DNA of 64,000 nt. It comes from a virus. Under the pieces are notes generated by a model, which was not told the DNA's origin, searched no databases, and saw only the letters and a program-made list of their open reading frames with translations. The position numbers were made by a program, and so were the translations under genes. The DNA lies in the IMG/VR virus record IMGVR_UViG_3300032222_000151, positions 32,001-96,000 of that record; one strand, 5' to 3'. Each line of letters starts with the position of its first letter. Position 1 is the stretch's first letter. Shown piece after piece: positions 28,401-39,300 of the stretch.

Positions 28401-29703
28401 TTGAAGCAATCAACTGTCCTACTGGCAAACCAGATAGTCCAAGGTCTGATGCACTTTTGTTTATTGAGTAGTCAAGTGTTTTGTCAGAAACATTTAGAAC
28501 AAGTCTAGGGGAGATCTCAATAAGATCAAAAGTGGAGTCCTTTACGTTCATAGTATCTACAACAATTCTTACGCCACTGATATATTCAAACTCTCTATAC
28601 TGTGGCTTTGAATCTATCATTCTAATAAACATATTTGGAGATGTTGCATCTGTTACAAAGTTAGTTAATCTATCTACAGTCTCATCTTGTATATACCATC
28701 CATACTTTGGCACCTTCACTACATACTCTGTACCGTCCCAAATATGGTACTCACCGATATCATTTTCATTTTCTTTAATCAAATAAGCATATCCAACTAC
28801 TGACTGCTCTGGAAGAAGTGCTGCGCTTGTGTAGGTTTCTGCTATAACAAAGTTAAGTCTCCAGTCTTCTGGGACAACTAGGCCATATGCAATTTCTACA
28901 TACCCATCGCTTTTTATTATTGAAGAACCATCTCTTCTTCTTATCGCTGGATCAAAAGATATAACAGTCTCCCAATTTCCGTCTTTAAGAAATTGAATTT
29001 TCCATTTACTAGGAGTTTTTTGATTTAATTCGCCAAAGAATGGATCTGCATAAGCGCCTGACGGTGATGAGAACGGACCAAGGTTTTCTGTACCAGTATG
29101 CGTCTGCATTTTAACCACAACTCTGTTTGTTGGTATTTTTTCTTTATACACAACAAAAGGACAGGCATCCTCAATTGAGTACTGGGATCCACGAACCTTT
29201 GATGCAATGCCATACTCCTGACCTGACTCTGTTCTGTATGAGGTCCAATATTTAAACTTGTCATTTCTGTCTGGCATATAGTATCTTGGTCTGTCTGCCA
29301 TTACAAGATTTGGATGATGAACTTTTCCATTTTCAAAAAATACTGCCTTGTTGATTCCAGATCTTGGTCTAAACTGGCCAAAGCAATCCTCTAAAGAATA
29401 TAGACTTTTTAATTTTTCTTTCTTTGTTAGAAGAGTTGTTGGAATTCCTTCGTCATCAATCGTTCCATCAACAAGCACATCTGCATCTGTTGCTCCTGTA
29501 TAAAAGTTTCCAGCATCATTAATATCAAAACTTGTAGGTAGTGATGAGTATATTGAACCAGACTGCGTTGGCCTATATCTATAATTTCCTATCTGCTTAA
29601 TGTTTGTTGGAATGTTCATGTTCCACTCAGCAGTTATGATTGACTTATTTCTTATTACCGATGAAGTTTCTAAGAAGTTTTGTAAATCTTTATCTTCAAA
29701 CAT
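25414..29703 (-). CDS. Large tail tip/hub protein
   Basis: 1429 aa, two genes after the tape measure; C-terminal PTIQLGDIVTL hub-like motif. Confidence 0.7.
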   Translation of the reverse strand: MFEDKDLQNFLETSSVIRNKSIITAEWNMNIPTNIKQIGNYRYRPTQSGSIYSSLPTSFDINDAGNFYTGATDADVLVDGTIDDEGIPTTLLTKKEKLKSLYSLEDCFGQFRPRSGINKAVFFENGKVHHPNLVMADRPRYYMPDRNDKFKYWTSYRTESGQEYGIASKVRGSQYSIEDACPFVVYKEKIPTNRVVVKMQTHTGTENLGPFSSPSGAYADPFFGELNQKTPSKWKIQFLKDGNWETVISFDPAIRRRDGSSIIKSDGYVEIAYGLVVPEDWRLNFVIAETYTSAALLPEQSVVGYAYLIKENENDIGEYHIWDGTEYVVKVPKYGWYIQDETVDRLTNFVTDATSPNMFIRMIDSKPQYREFEYISGVRIVVDTMNVKDSTFDLIEISPRLVLNVSDKTLDYSINKSASDLGLSGLPVGQLIASNGQITLFDYDQAFNSNNTTSIISKYINRHAQFKFYEVIVDVDGWDYYVPIKTLYSDSFPKQDLMSKRVSMSLRDMYWYLESLTAPEILMTEVSVSSAVSLLLDHIGFSNYTFKRVANEKEIIIPYFFVAPDKSVAQVLQDLAISTQTAMFFDEYNNFVMMSKDYIMPTAAQRPATFALQGTQDFIEDRELKNKTTKTKLANIISVSTQANSVYNDGVINYKVRHIQRSIGSLRQASLVDNERYYTYKPSLLWEVSGSQNTKSINNEVGTQSAYVLSAIPLNSDLSADVPVVKNNIVINNTLSLGEAAYWITRYNGYFYSQGEIIKYDAVQYNVSGFGNVWITSTEDYQNYFAKLPFNGKIYPTGLVRIYSEPKYFEKDGVIALQNGDVQKHGRGQFGTQIVAHSAGIADYWKSDDNVKGCSMASEYLFEKDLTIPTTTISAAGKTTGAGVSSDALARTSSRSGIIKNFMSTSFIEEVNTSTQVQSGTLQSSALSLTGPNFTTKEKPRDFISYVHRSLEENKYKHFGTRMRLVGKIENNADRGQTSNGSSTYYVVKGSTPDKNINISGGSGGLAFMLNPTTNVGYYFEIAALGVGNLSEEERETVSNVFFYKIKSENGKAIPVKLWDGLGQITVDDGRFTGQSRIVAEENPTVYDLAVEYEDIGRTRRFYLYMNGRLIKTVDDLEPLPVYSNIALFSRGSSRAMFENVYALCNNYSQNTTFSLGAPVNSVFGDSDIDVNESFRKYALSGLIQNTYLSGIGTSEAPKYKIYFEEFGSIMREAATFNFKYDKAFPALTAKISPTFNKIKGYVVSGFRAGSYGAEFIIFNATDTAISLDETTGNYLRVQGVTFTQESENKITLDEYFNRNSMLSNPEFAAEKLISNPYKFKQDYQDIKLSRMTYGKMDFALDTPYIQSYDEANTLMKWLVEKITKPRRSVGVKIFAIPTIQLGDIVTLDYEEKGVSMVSSPSSRFVVYNIDYTKGPDGPDMTLFLSEVV

Positions 29704-30341
29704 TATACTTCTTCCAAGGTAACTGAGACATTCCAGTAATCAAACTTGGTGCCTCTCTTTTCAACAGAGTATGAAAACTCTGATATAAACATCTCTACTA
29801 GTTGATTGTATTGTGAAAGGTGGTCGTACGGTGCTTCTGTGCCCTTAAAAATACCCTTCCTGTCATATGCAAGGAATACCCAGAAAGAACCTTTGTGACC
29901 GTCGTACCATTCAAGCATGTCTGCTCCGCCTGCGCCTCCATCAGTTGTGTAGGCTTTGTATGGGGAAAGTCCAGTCTCCTGATTAAAACTAGGGATGTTT
30001 GCATGTGACCTTGATGGAATCATATCCCAACTAGTACTGATCTTCATCTTGTCTGCAATATGATAAGATCTCATACGACCATTTATCATTCTCTCCCGCT
30101 TTTCAATACGCTCATCTGAAAACTCAAGAGGAGATCTATTGTCGTCTGTAAGCATTAAGAATTGCTCTATTAGCGCTGGATCTGTTATATCTACAGGATC
30201 TGCGCCTACCTCAAGACCGTAAGGTATATATAAACCATTAATCAGGGTGCCAGAGTTTTCAGACCAAAGCATTCCGCTTGGTCTATGATATTTCTTACGA
30301 CTTTGCATGTATGTATACCTTGGATCAACTTCATCTGCCAT
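29703..30341 (-). CDS. Distal tail protein-like
   Basis: Directly after the tape measure; ERMINGRMRSY...WNVSVTLEEV. Confidence 0.65.
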   Translation of the reverse strand: MADEVDPRYTYMQSRKKYHRPSGMLWSENSGTLINGLYIPYGLEVGADPVDITDPALIEQFLMLTDDNRSPLEFSDERIEKRERMINGRMRSYHIADKMKISTSWDMIPSRSHANIPSFNQETGLSPYKAYTTDGGAGGADMLEWYDGHKGSFWVFLAYDRKGIFKGTEAPYDHLSQYNQLVEMFISEFSYSVEKRGTKFDYWNVSVTLEEV

Positions 30342-33300
30342 TTATGTTTACCCCCCTAATTCTTCTATCATCTACCTGCTTGATTGTTGACATTACTGCC
30401 TGTGCAATTTCATTTGGATTAGCATTTGTCTTGGCATTAACAGTTAATGTATATGTATTATTATACACTGAACCGCCAATGGAATCGCCCTTATTAATCT
30501 TTCTCATGGTGTCTACTCCATAAGAGTCTACTGCGTACTTGCTCATTATGAATTCTCCAGGAGTTAACATTGCTGGAACTGTATCAGTCCCCTTGGCAAA
30601 ACCACCGAATGAGAAGTACTTAGGAATTAGTCCTCCAGTTGACCAGTTTCCAAATGCATTTGCTGCTGCTGCATTACCGCCAAACTTCTTTAATATTTCT
30701 TCTTGCTTTCTCTTTGCATCCTTTGCTGCTGCTGCTGCACGAGCAGAATCTGCTGAAGCATTTTCTTTTGCTTTTTTGGCTGCTGCTGCATCTCTTGCTG
30801 CTGCATCTCTTACTGCTTTTTCTTGTGCAAGCATTCCAGGAGTTGGCTTCATAGCATTTTGTATTGCTGCAGCATTTTGTTGATCATACAAACTCTTCAA
30901 GTGAAGTCCTGGAGTTGTTCCAGCATTTTTCATTACGTCTGCAACATTCATATTTTGTTCAAATAGCATTAAGTTCTTTTTTGCATCCAGTGCCATTCTG
31001 TCTAGATCTTCTCTATGCAAAAGTGAACTGTTGTAGAATGGATCAGATGTGTTATTGTTCTTTGCTGGAGTTGTACCACTATTATTTTTTGAGCCCCCAG
31101 TAGATCCATCTGGTGTGCTTCCAGCATTTCCTCTAAACTCTGGATTAGTTCCTGTAGAACCATTACTGCCTGGGTTTATTTTAGGATCATCATCTCCGCC
31201 TGTATCGGTTCCTGTAGCAGTTCCTGTACCAGTTACAGTAGGAGTTCCTGTAGTAGTTCCTGTAGGGTTTATTGGATCAGTATTAACCTTTTGATTTTCA
31301 TATGCTGTTATTAGTTTTGGATATATATCTAATGCATCCTGCATTGCTTTAACAAACTGAGCGCTCTTAATTCTTGCAAGATCTACAAGGTTTTTAATTC
31401 CTTCCCATTCTGCTCTTGTCTTTCCAAGAACAGTTATGCCATCAATCTCTTTCTTTAACTGAATCTCTCTTAGTCTTATTAATTCTTGTGCTGGCTCTAA
31501 CTTTTTTTCTTCTATGTCAAAGATCTCATCTTGAAGTTTTTTAATTTCTGCTTCAAGTTGCTTTCTTGTTTTTCCATCTTTTGTCTTAACTCCTGAGAGT
31601 TCAAACTCTCTTGACTTCTCTAAAGCGTCCTTTTGCTTTGTGGCAGCATCTGCAGCCTCTTTAGCCCTCATGTCTTGAGCAGCCCTTGCTGCTGCTGCGA
31701 TATCTCCAGAGGTCAGGGCTTCCGCTAGTGTTAACTGACCCTTTTGCTGTTCAGAAATTGCTGCATTTGCTTTTTCTACCTGATCTAGGGCAGCAATTCT
31801 TTCATCATATTTTTCATTAATCTTCTTTTCTTGCTCTTCTATCTGCTTTAGGCCTGCCTCTTTGTCATCTATGTCAAACTGTTTTTTTGCAATTTCATTT
31901 TGAGCGGCTTCAATGTCTTTGTTTGCCTGTTTTGTATCAATATCAAACTTTAGTTGGTATTTTTTTTCTTCAACATCAAAAGCCTCTGTTGCCTTATTGA
32001 ATCCGTCTTGGAATATTTCTTCCATTCCAGGAATAGTCATCTTCTTAATTTTTAGTTCTACATTGGCCTTATCCAAAGTTAACTGTAGCAACTTCTTAAA
32101 TCTTTCACTGTCTATTCCAAACTCAAGCATAACTGCTTGAAGTGCTGGACTATCTAAAATTGCTGCTATTGTGTCACTAGACAATCCAGAAAGATCTTTT
32201 GTCATCTTTGCTAAAATCTTTGCTCTATTTTCTAAGTCAGTAGTTTCACCAGTAGCCAACTGTATTGCAGCCATTTCTCTCTGAGCCTTAGTTGCTTTCT
32301 TCGCTGCTGCAGTTATCTTCTTTAATTCTGCATCTGTTAGTCTCTTATTAGCAACTGCTGCAGCAAAAGTAGCATCTGCTACTGCTTCTAGGGCTACAGA
32401 CCCATCAACTCCAGCAGCCTGAAGTCTCTTTAGTGCTGTAACCTGGTCACCAATTTGTCTTGACATTTTTTCTTGTTCGCTTACAAACTCTCCAAGTTTG
32501 ACTGACTGAAGGGCATCTCCAATGCTTCTAGCATTATCTTTTATCTTTGTTATGTTGCCCTTTTTGTCAAACTCAAACAGAGATTTCTTTCTCTTTTCGT
32601 ATTCTTTTGGATCCATACCAGTAATAAGATCAATTAGGTCTTCTCCTGCTCCTAATGATCTCATATCATTTTCTATACCGCTAAATATTTTAATAGTCTT
32701 GCTTCCACCAAACAAGTTGTTCAGTGCCTTTTGTGATGCTCCCCAGCCTTCTGTAACCTTGATCTGGTTCTTTCTTACATCTCTTAAACGCTTAACTAAA
32801 TCGTCTAGTTCTGACGACTGAACCTTATTGCCACCACCACTACTGCTGCTACTTGATGTTGGTGCGTTTGCAGTAATTTGTGTGTTATTAGTTACAGCCT
32901 TAAATCCTTGTGCTTCCTTGTACTTTTGGATTTTAAATGCAACGCTTCCCTTAACTCCAGCACCACCTCGTGGTCCAGTCTCTTTCAACCAAGCCTGGTA
33001 GTCGTCATCTGCTACGATCTGTGGATCTGGAATATTTATAACTGAAGCAATTGTAGTTGTGTAGACCTGCTTTTGATCATCTGTTAATGATTTAAAGTAT
33101 GTCTCATCAAAGGCTGCGCTACCTCTTAGTTCTGGAATGATATTGTATACAGCATCTATAGTCTTTGGTTTTTGAGTTTCAATTGCATCTAGAACTCTAT
33201 TTAATTCATCGTATGCAGCCTTGTTTTTAGGATCAATGTAAAAGCCTACAAGGAAGTCAGAAGGAATTACTGAATTAAGATTATTTAGTTTAATTATATT

Positions 33301-36300
33301 CTTTGTAAAGTCAAGAGCGTCTGAGTCTTTTTCAAATGCCTGAACCTTAGTAATGAAGTCTGTCTGTACTGTCTTGTTTATAACCTTGTCTGCTCCAAGA
33401 ATATTTTGTGCTGCCACACCAATTGATTCAGATGTCGCACCACTAAACTTGGTAATTATGTTCATCATCTTTGGAGCAATATCTTTATTCTCTGTTGCCA
33501 TTTGCAAAAGACTTCTAAATACTGACGGAGGTATATCTCCACTTGCCATCTTTGCTTGAATTAAAAATTCCTGTCCGCTATCAATTAGTCCAGACTTTCT
33601 CAGGTTTCCTGCCTGAGTATTAACAACATCTAGGTAGGCCAACTCATTAGGATTATTTTTGTATTTTGCACTAGTTGCCTTCTGCATTCCACTCATCATG
33701 GACTCTTGAAGACCTCCTGCGCTATTGTATTGAGAAACAATGTCTGCCTGTATAGCACCTTGTGCAGCAGTCAACTGATTTCTTTTATCAATTAACTTTT
33801 CTTGTAGTTCGTTTGCTTCATTAATTTTGCCCTGAAGTCTTAACTCTTCAACCTTCTTTTCCATATACATATCAAAAGAATCAAGCATTTGCTTGTTTTG
33901 CTCCATTGCAATCTTGGCATCAACGGCATATGCAGCACCTAGTTCTGCAGACTGATTTGCAAACTTCTTTGAAGCAAAGTATCCACCGATTGCTCCTGCT
34001 GCTGCACCAATTCCTCCACCAATGATTGCTCCTACGGCATTTCCCAAAACTGGTACAACAGATCCTAGGGCTGCACCAATTGTTGCTCCGACTGCTGCGC
34101 CGCCTGCTGCTGATGCTCCAATACCAACCTTTTGCATAGTTTTTTGTCCAGCAAGTTTTTGTAGAGGGTTTGCATTTTCAATATTTGAAAAACTTGTCTG
34201 AAGGTTCTTTTTGTTTTGCTCAACCATCTTTACTCTAACTTCAAGAGGGCTGTTGACCAAGTTCTCTCCATTTGGACCTAGCAACTCTTCTATCTGTGCA
34301 ATAACCTTGATGCCCAAAGACATATCTCCTGCTTGTCTTGCAGCATTCATTGCTAAACTCTTTGCTTGACCAATATCCATTGCACCAGACATTACTGCTG
34401 TTGATAGTTGGTCTGTTAGATCTGATACCGCTTGACCACCCTTTCCTGCAGCATTTTGCTTTGAAAGTCTTTCTGTTAAAGCCTTTCCTTCTTTTGTCTG
34501 AACAAATGCTTCTCCGTATGTTGTCTTTCCTGTTGCTGGTCCTAGCATTGAGAAAGAGTTCTTTCTTCTTAAGTCCATTTGTTCTGAGGCTGTTGCTTTA
34601 CCACTAAACTTTGCTATTTCTTGAATTGCAGAAGCAGAACCCTTAAACTTTTCGCTTTCCTCTAAAACCTTCCTTTGTGCATTATCAAATGCCATTCTTA
34701 GGGCAACGAATGCACCAACTGTTGCTGTCAGTCCAATTGCAACTGCTGCCATTGGGCTCTTTAGCATTGGCAAAACCATTGCAAGACCCATCAAAGGCAT
34801 CATAACCTTTTGAGAAATTTCTCCAACCTTGCCTGGAGCCATTGATCCAATCATTGCAGCACCTGATGCGATACCAACTGCACCAGCCATGCCCATACCT
34901 GGGCTCTTTCCTGCTGCTATTTTTGCTTGTTTCTTTGCTTCTCTATTTTCAAAGTATGTTTTTGTTCTTCCAGAAAGAGTTCTCTTCTTTGCTTCTTCTG
35001 CTGCCTTTTGATCAATAATTGATTGTTTGTATGCTACCTTTTCTGCTAACTTACTTCTCTTCATTTCTTTTTGAGCATTGCGTCTCATAGACTTTGCATC
35101 TGCATCTATTGGTCCCGTGCCGTAAAGCGCTGTTCTTGAGGCTGCTGCCTTTGCCTGTGTTTTTGCTTCAGCCTTTTGACGCTTCTCTAATTGACGACGT
35201 ACAGACTTTGCATCTGCATCAACTGGACCAGTTCCATAGAGCATGGTTCTTGAGGCTGCTGCTGCAGACTGAGATATAGTTGTTCCAATATTTGCACCGA
35301 CTGCTCTTGCTTCTGCAAGTGAACCCTTTGCGCCATTTACTAGTGCTGTTGCAACTGCACCTTGTGATTCTGGTGCATCAGCAAAACCAGCAACGGTTAC
35401 TGATCCCTTTGGACCCTGTACGACCCTAGTGCCCTTCTTCGGCTTTGCAGTTATTCTAGTATCTTTTGAACTTCCAGAAGATGACTTAACGCCTTTAGGC
35501 TTTGGCTTTGTCTTTGGCTTCTTTAGGTTGCCCTTCTCATCTTCAATCATTTCATCTGGCTTTACCAAAATAGATGAATGCTTTGCATGGATGGCTCTCC
35601 AGTCAACCTTCTTTCCTTCTTCAAGTCGATCTATCATTGCCTGATAAACCTTTTGGTCTTCTGGTCCAAGACCGAAACTCTTTATAGTTTCTTTTAGTCT
35701 TGGTAGAACTCTATCAATTTCATTAATCATTGATCTGTGGTATTCATCTGCTGTCATCTTCTTTGCAATGTCTGCAGTTGCATTACCAAACCAGAAAGGA
35801 GAGTTTCCTGCTGCTGGGCCCTTTACTCCACTTAAATTCTTTTCTGCCATTTCAAGCATTGAAGGTAACTTTGCTGCGTAATCTCTTGCTCCAGATGCTC
35901 TGTCAAATACTCCAGCAGTTCCCACATCTGCAAGAATGTTTCCTCCAAGATTACCCTTCTTTAGATCTTTATCTGCACGAAGATTTGCTGCAACAAGTTG
36001 TCTAAAGTATTGATCTTTATTAAACTTCTTATCCATTTGGTTTGGATCAAACTTTGAGTCAAATGCAGACTCAAGAGCATACATTAACTTTCCAGTGTAA
36101 GGATCTTTGATGATTCTTAGTTCTTGCTTTGGTGCATCTAGACCGTGTACATCTCTTGCAATCTGTGTTGCTCTTTGTTCTGCAATTGCTGACTTCAAGT
36201 CAACCATTGGCTTTACATAAACCTTCTTACCATCTGCCGTTTCAAATACACCAGAGGCATCACGAGCAGCAACATTGCTGTATCCAGTTCCCTTTGAAAT

Positions 36301-39300
36301 TTGCTTTCCATAGGTTGTTACTGGCTTTCCATCTATGTCTTCTCCTGTAAGGCCCTGAAGAACTCCTCTTGCTGCTTTTAGTAGTGCAGGCTTTGATGTG
36401 TTTCCAATTTTAACTGCGCCTGTGTCTCCACCAGATCTTCCAGTAGCAAATCTATCTCCAACAAGGGATCCATTATTCTTTTTGTCTGTAAGAGTCCAGT
36501 CTTTTGGATCTTTAGAATTTTTCTTTCCGCTAACTTCTGGTCTTTCGTATCCAATAAGTTTTCCATCTTTGTCAGTTAAAACATCAAGCATTATTCCTGG
36601 TGCTTTTAACTTTAAATCTTCAATTGCAGAGATTGTTGCTCTATTGGTTTTAGGTCCGTCTTTCTTTATTTTTTCAATAAGATCTTCTACAGACATCTTG
36701 CCGTTATACTTAACACTTGCCTTTGATCCACCGCCAACACCTGCTACTGCGTAGATGCTCTCAATTGCTGGAGCAAGTCTAGGGTCTCTTGCAAGTCCGC
36801 CAAGAATTCCTGTCTTAAGGTTACCCATTCTAGAGTAGATGGTTTTATCTCCAATTAAGGTTCCATCTGGCAAACCCTGTAGTGAAAGAATAAGGTTCTT
36901 GCGAATCCTGTTAGTAACCTTTGCTGCTTCTTCAGCAGTCAAACTGCTTGGTGGCTTCATTAAGTTTGCAGTCATTGTTTCTACTGCACGAGGCTTTCTT
37001 AGTTCTGCTTCGTATTCTCTTACTTCTACACGATTGTCTCTAAGTCTTGCATGTACATCACTTGCAATGTCAAACCCAAGACCACGGTATCCAAATGCTT
37101 TATCAATGCCTCTTGCACCAAGATCCTTAGCCTTTCCTTCAAACTCTGGCGGAACCTGTCCTACACCCATCACTTGTGGGCTTGTTGCATGTGCAAAATC
37201 TGTTTCTACTTTTCTTCTTTTACCCTTTTTAGTTACTCCAGTTGTTCCTTCACTAAATCCTTGAATGGTTTCTCCTGCAACCATTCTGGCAATTACTGGT
37301 CTGTTTGCTGGATCCTGTGCAGCCTGTGCTGGGATTACTGCTTCTCCAGGAGTAAGCATTGTTGGAACTGTATCTTTATTACCTGTTCCTGGAACACTTG
37401 TTGTACCGTTTGAGTATTTCTTTAATCCCTTTCCACCTGCACCACCACGGACTGGGCCTGTAAATCCAACTTGTGCAGCAATTGCTCTTCTGTATGCTGC
37501 AGCCAAAGCATTAACCGCTGTTGTCTCAGAGGTAAATGTTTGCTTAAGTCTTGTATGTACTTGATCTAGAGATGCTGCAACGGCAGATGCTTCTAACTGC
37601 TCTTTAGTTAAATAAGAAGTCTGCTCTCCTAATACCTTACTTGCTGATCCTGCTCGATTGTACATCGACTTCATGTTTGCAAATAGTTTGATTATGTTTG
37701 CAGCAGCGTTAGCAATTAAACCAAATGTCATCAGAAGAATCGGACCAATTCCTCCAACTGCAACAGTAAATATAGTTAAAAACTTTTTACTTCCATCGCC
37801 CAAGTTATTAAACTTTTCCAAAACCTTTGATGCAAACTCAACGATAGGTGTTAGGGCCTTTAGGAACTGCTCTCCAACTGGAGCAATAGTAACCTTTAAA
37901 TCTTCGATTGCTTTCTTAAACTTGTATGTTGTTGTGTCTTCGATCTTATCTAATTCTCGTTGTGACAGGATTGCCAGTTCTTCTGTGGTTGCCTGTGCAA
38001 GTCCAAGGACTCTGGAAGCCTGTGTTCCTTGTGCTGTAACGTTCTGGAACAATGTAGAAAGTCTTGAGAACTGGAACTTACCAAACAATTGTTCAATTGC
38101 ACGAGCACGGTTTAGAGGATCAAGTGTATCTAGTGCCTGTGCGAACCCTACTACAGTCTTTGTTACATCTCCTTGATTTGCTTCTACAATACCCTTGATG
38201 TTTACGCCAAGACCTGCTAAAAACTTTGATGCCTTTTCGGATGGATTAATTAATGATGCAAGACCAGACTTAAGTGCGTTAGCACCTTCTGATGCATTAA
38301 TTCCACCTTCCTTCATTGCTGTTAGGAAGAATGCTAAATCTTCTACATCTCCACCTAGTTGCTGAACAACTGGTCCAGCCTTTGGAATTGCAATCGTTAA
38401 GTCTTCAATAGATACAACAGTTTGGTTTTCAACAGAGTTAAGGAAGTCAATCTTCTTTGCTAGATCTTCTGCTGCTATACCAAAAGCATTTGTAATTGAG
38501 ATTGTGGTTTCTAGAGCCTGTGCTTGCTCAACTCCACCAAGAACAGCAAGTCTGGTTGCTTGTGCAACCTGTGCAGTTAGTTCTGCACCTTGCTTACCCA
38601 TTGCTGCAGCATCTGCAGCCATCTTCATTGTCTCTTCTACTGCAACGCCGTACTTGGTATATTCTTTTGCAAGGGTTTGAATCTGCTTAACCATTGCATC
38701 TGTTTCTTCTTGCGTTGTAAACATTTCACCGTAAACACGCTTAAACCTAATTGCCTGCTCTTCAAGTTTCATAAATGTCTTGGCAGCAGTTGTTCCAAGC
38801 ATTGCCAGTGGAACTGTAAAACCAACCATCAACTGACGACCAGCCCACTGAGTGTTCTTACCAAAGTTAAGTAGGTTTGTTGAGCCTTGCTTTAATAATT
38901 GATTAAGTAGTTGCTGTCTTTGTGCAGCAATTGCTGTTTGTGTTCCAAGATTTTTCATGTCAAGTGTAAGAGGTCTTACAGCAATTGACTCTAGGGCTCC
39001 GTTAGCGCCTCTGCCCAACTTAATGTATTGGGTCTGGATATCCTTAACACGCTCTCGTGCAACCTTGTTGATTGTTTCAAATTCAGATCTAAAAAGTCTT
39101 CCGAATGTCTTTGTTGCAGCACCTGTATATCTAAAGTACTCTCTAGAGGTTAACTTGTTTCTCTCTAGGGCATCTGTAAAGTGCTCTGTACTTGATGTAA
39201 CTTTTCTAAGTGATGCTTGAAATTGTCCTGTAGCATTTATGCTGTTCATCAAGTTTTGTGCTTGATTTGCTGCTACCGCTGATGCTGACGCACCAGACTT

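Noticed and set aside
36900-37210. HNH-like nuclease in the tape measure cargo (DFAH motif)
   Set aside because: Only a partial motif and no convincing downstream Asn/His; left unassigned.
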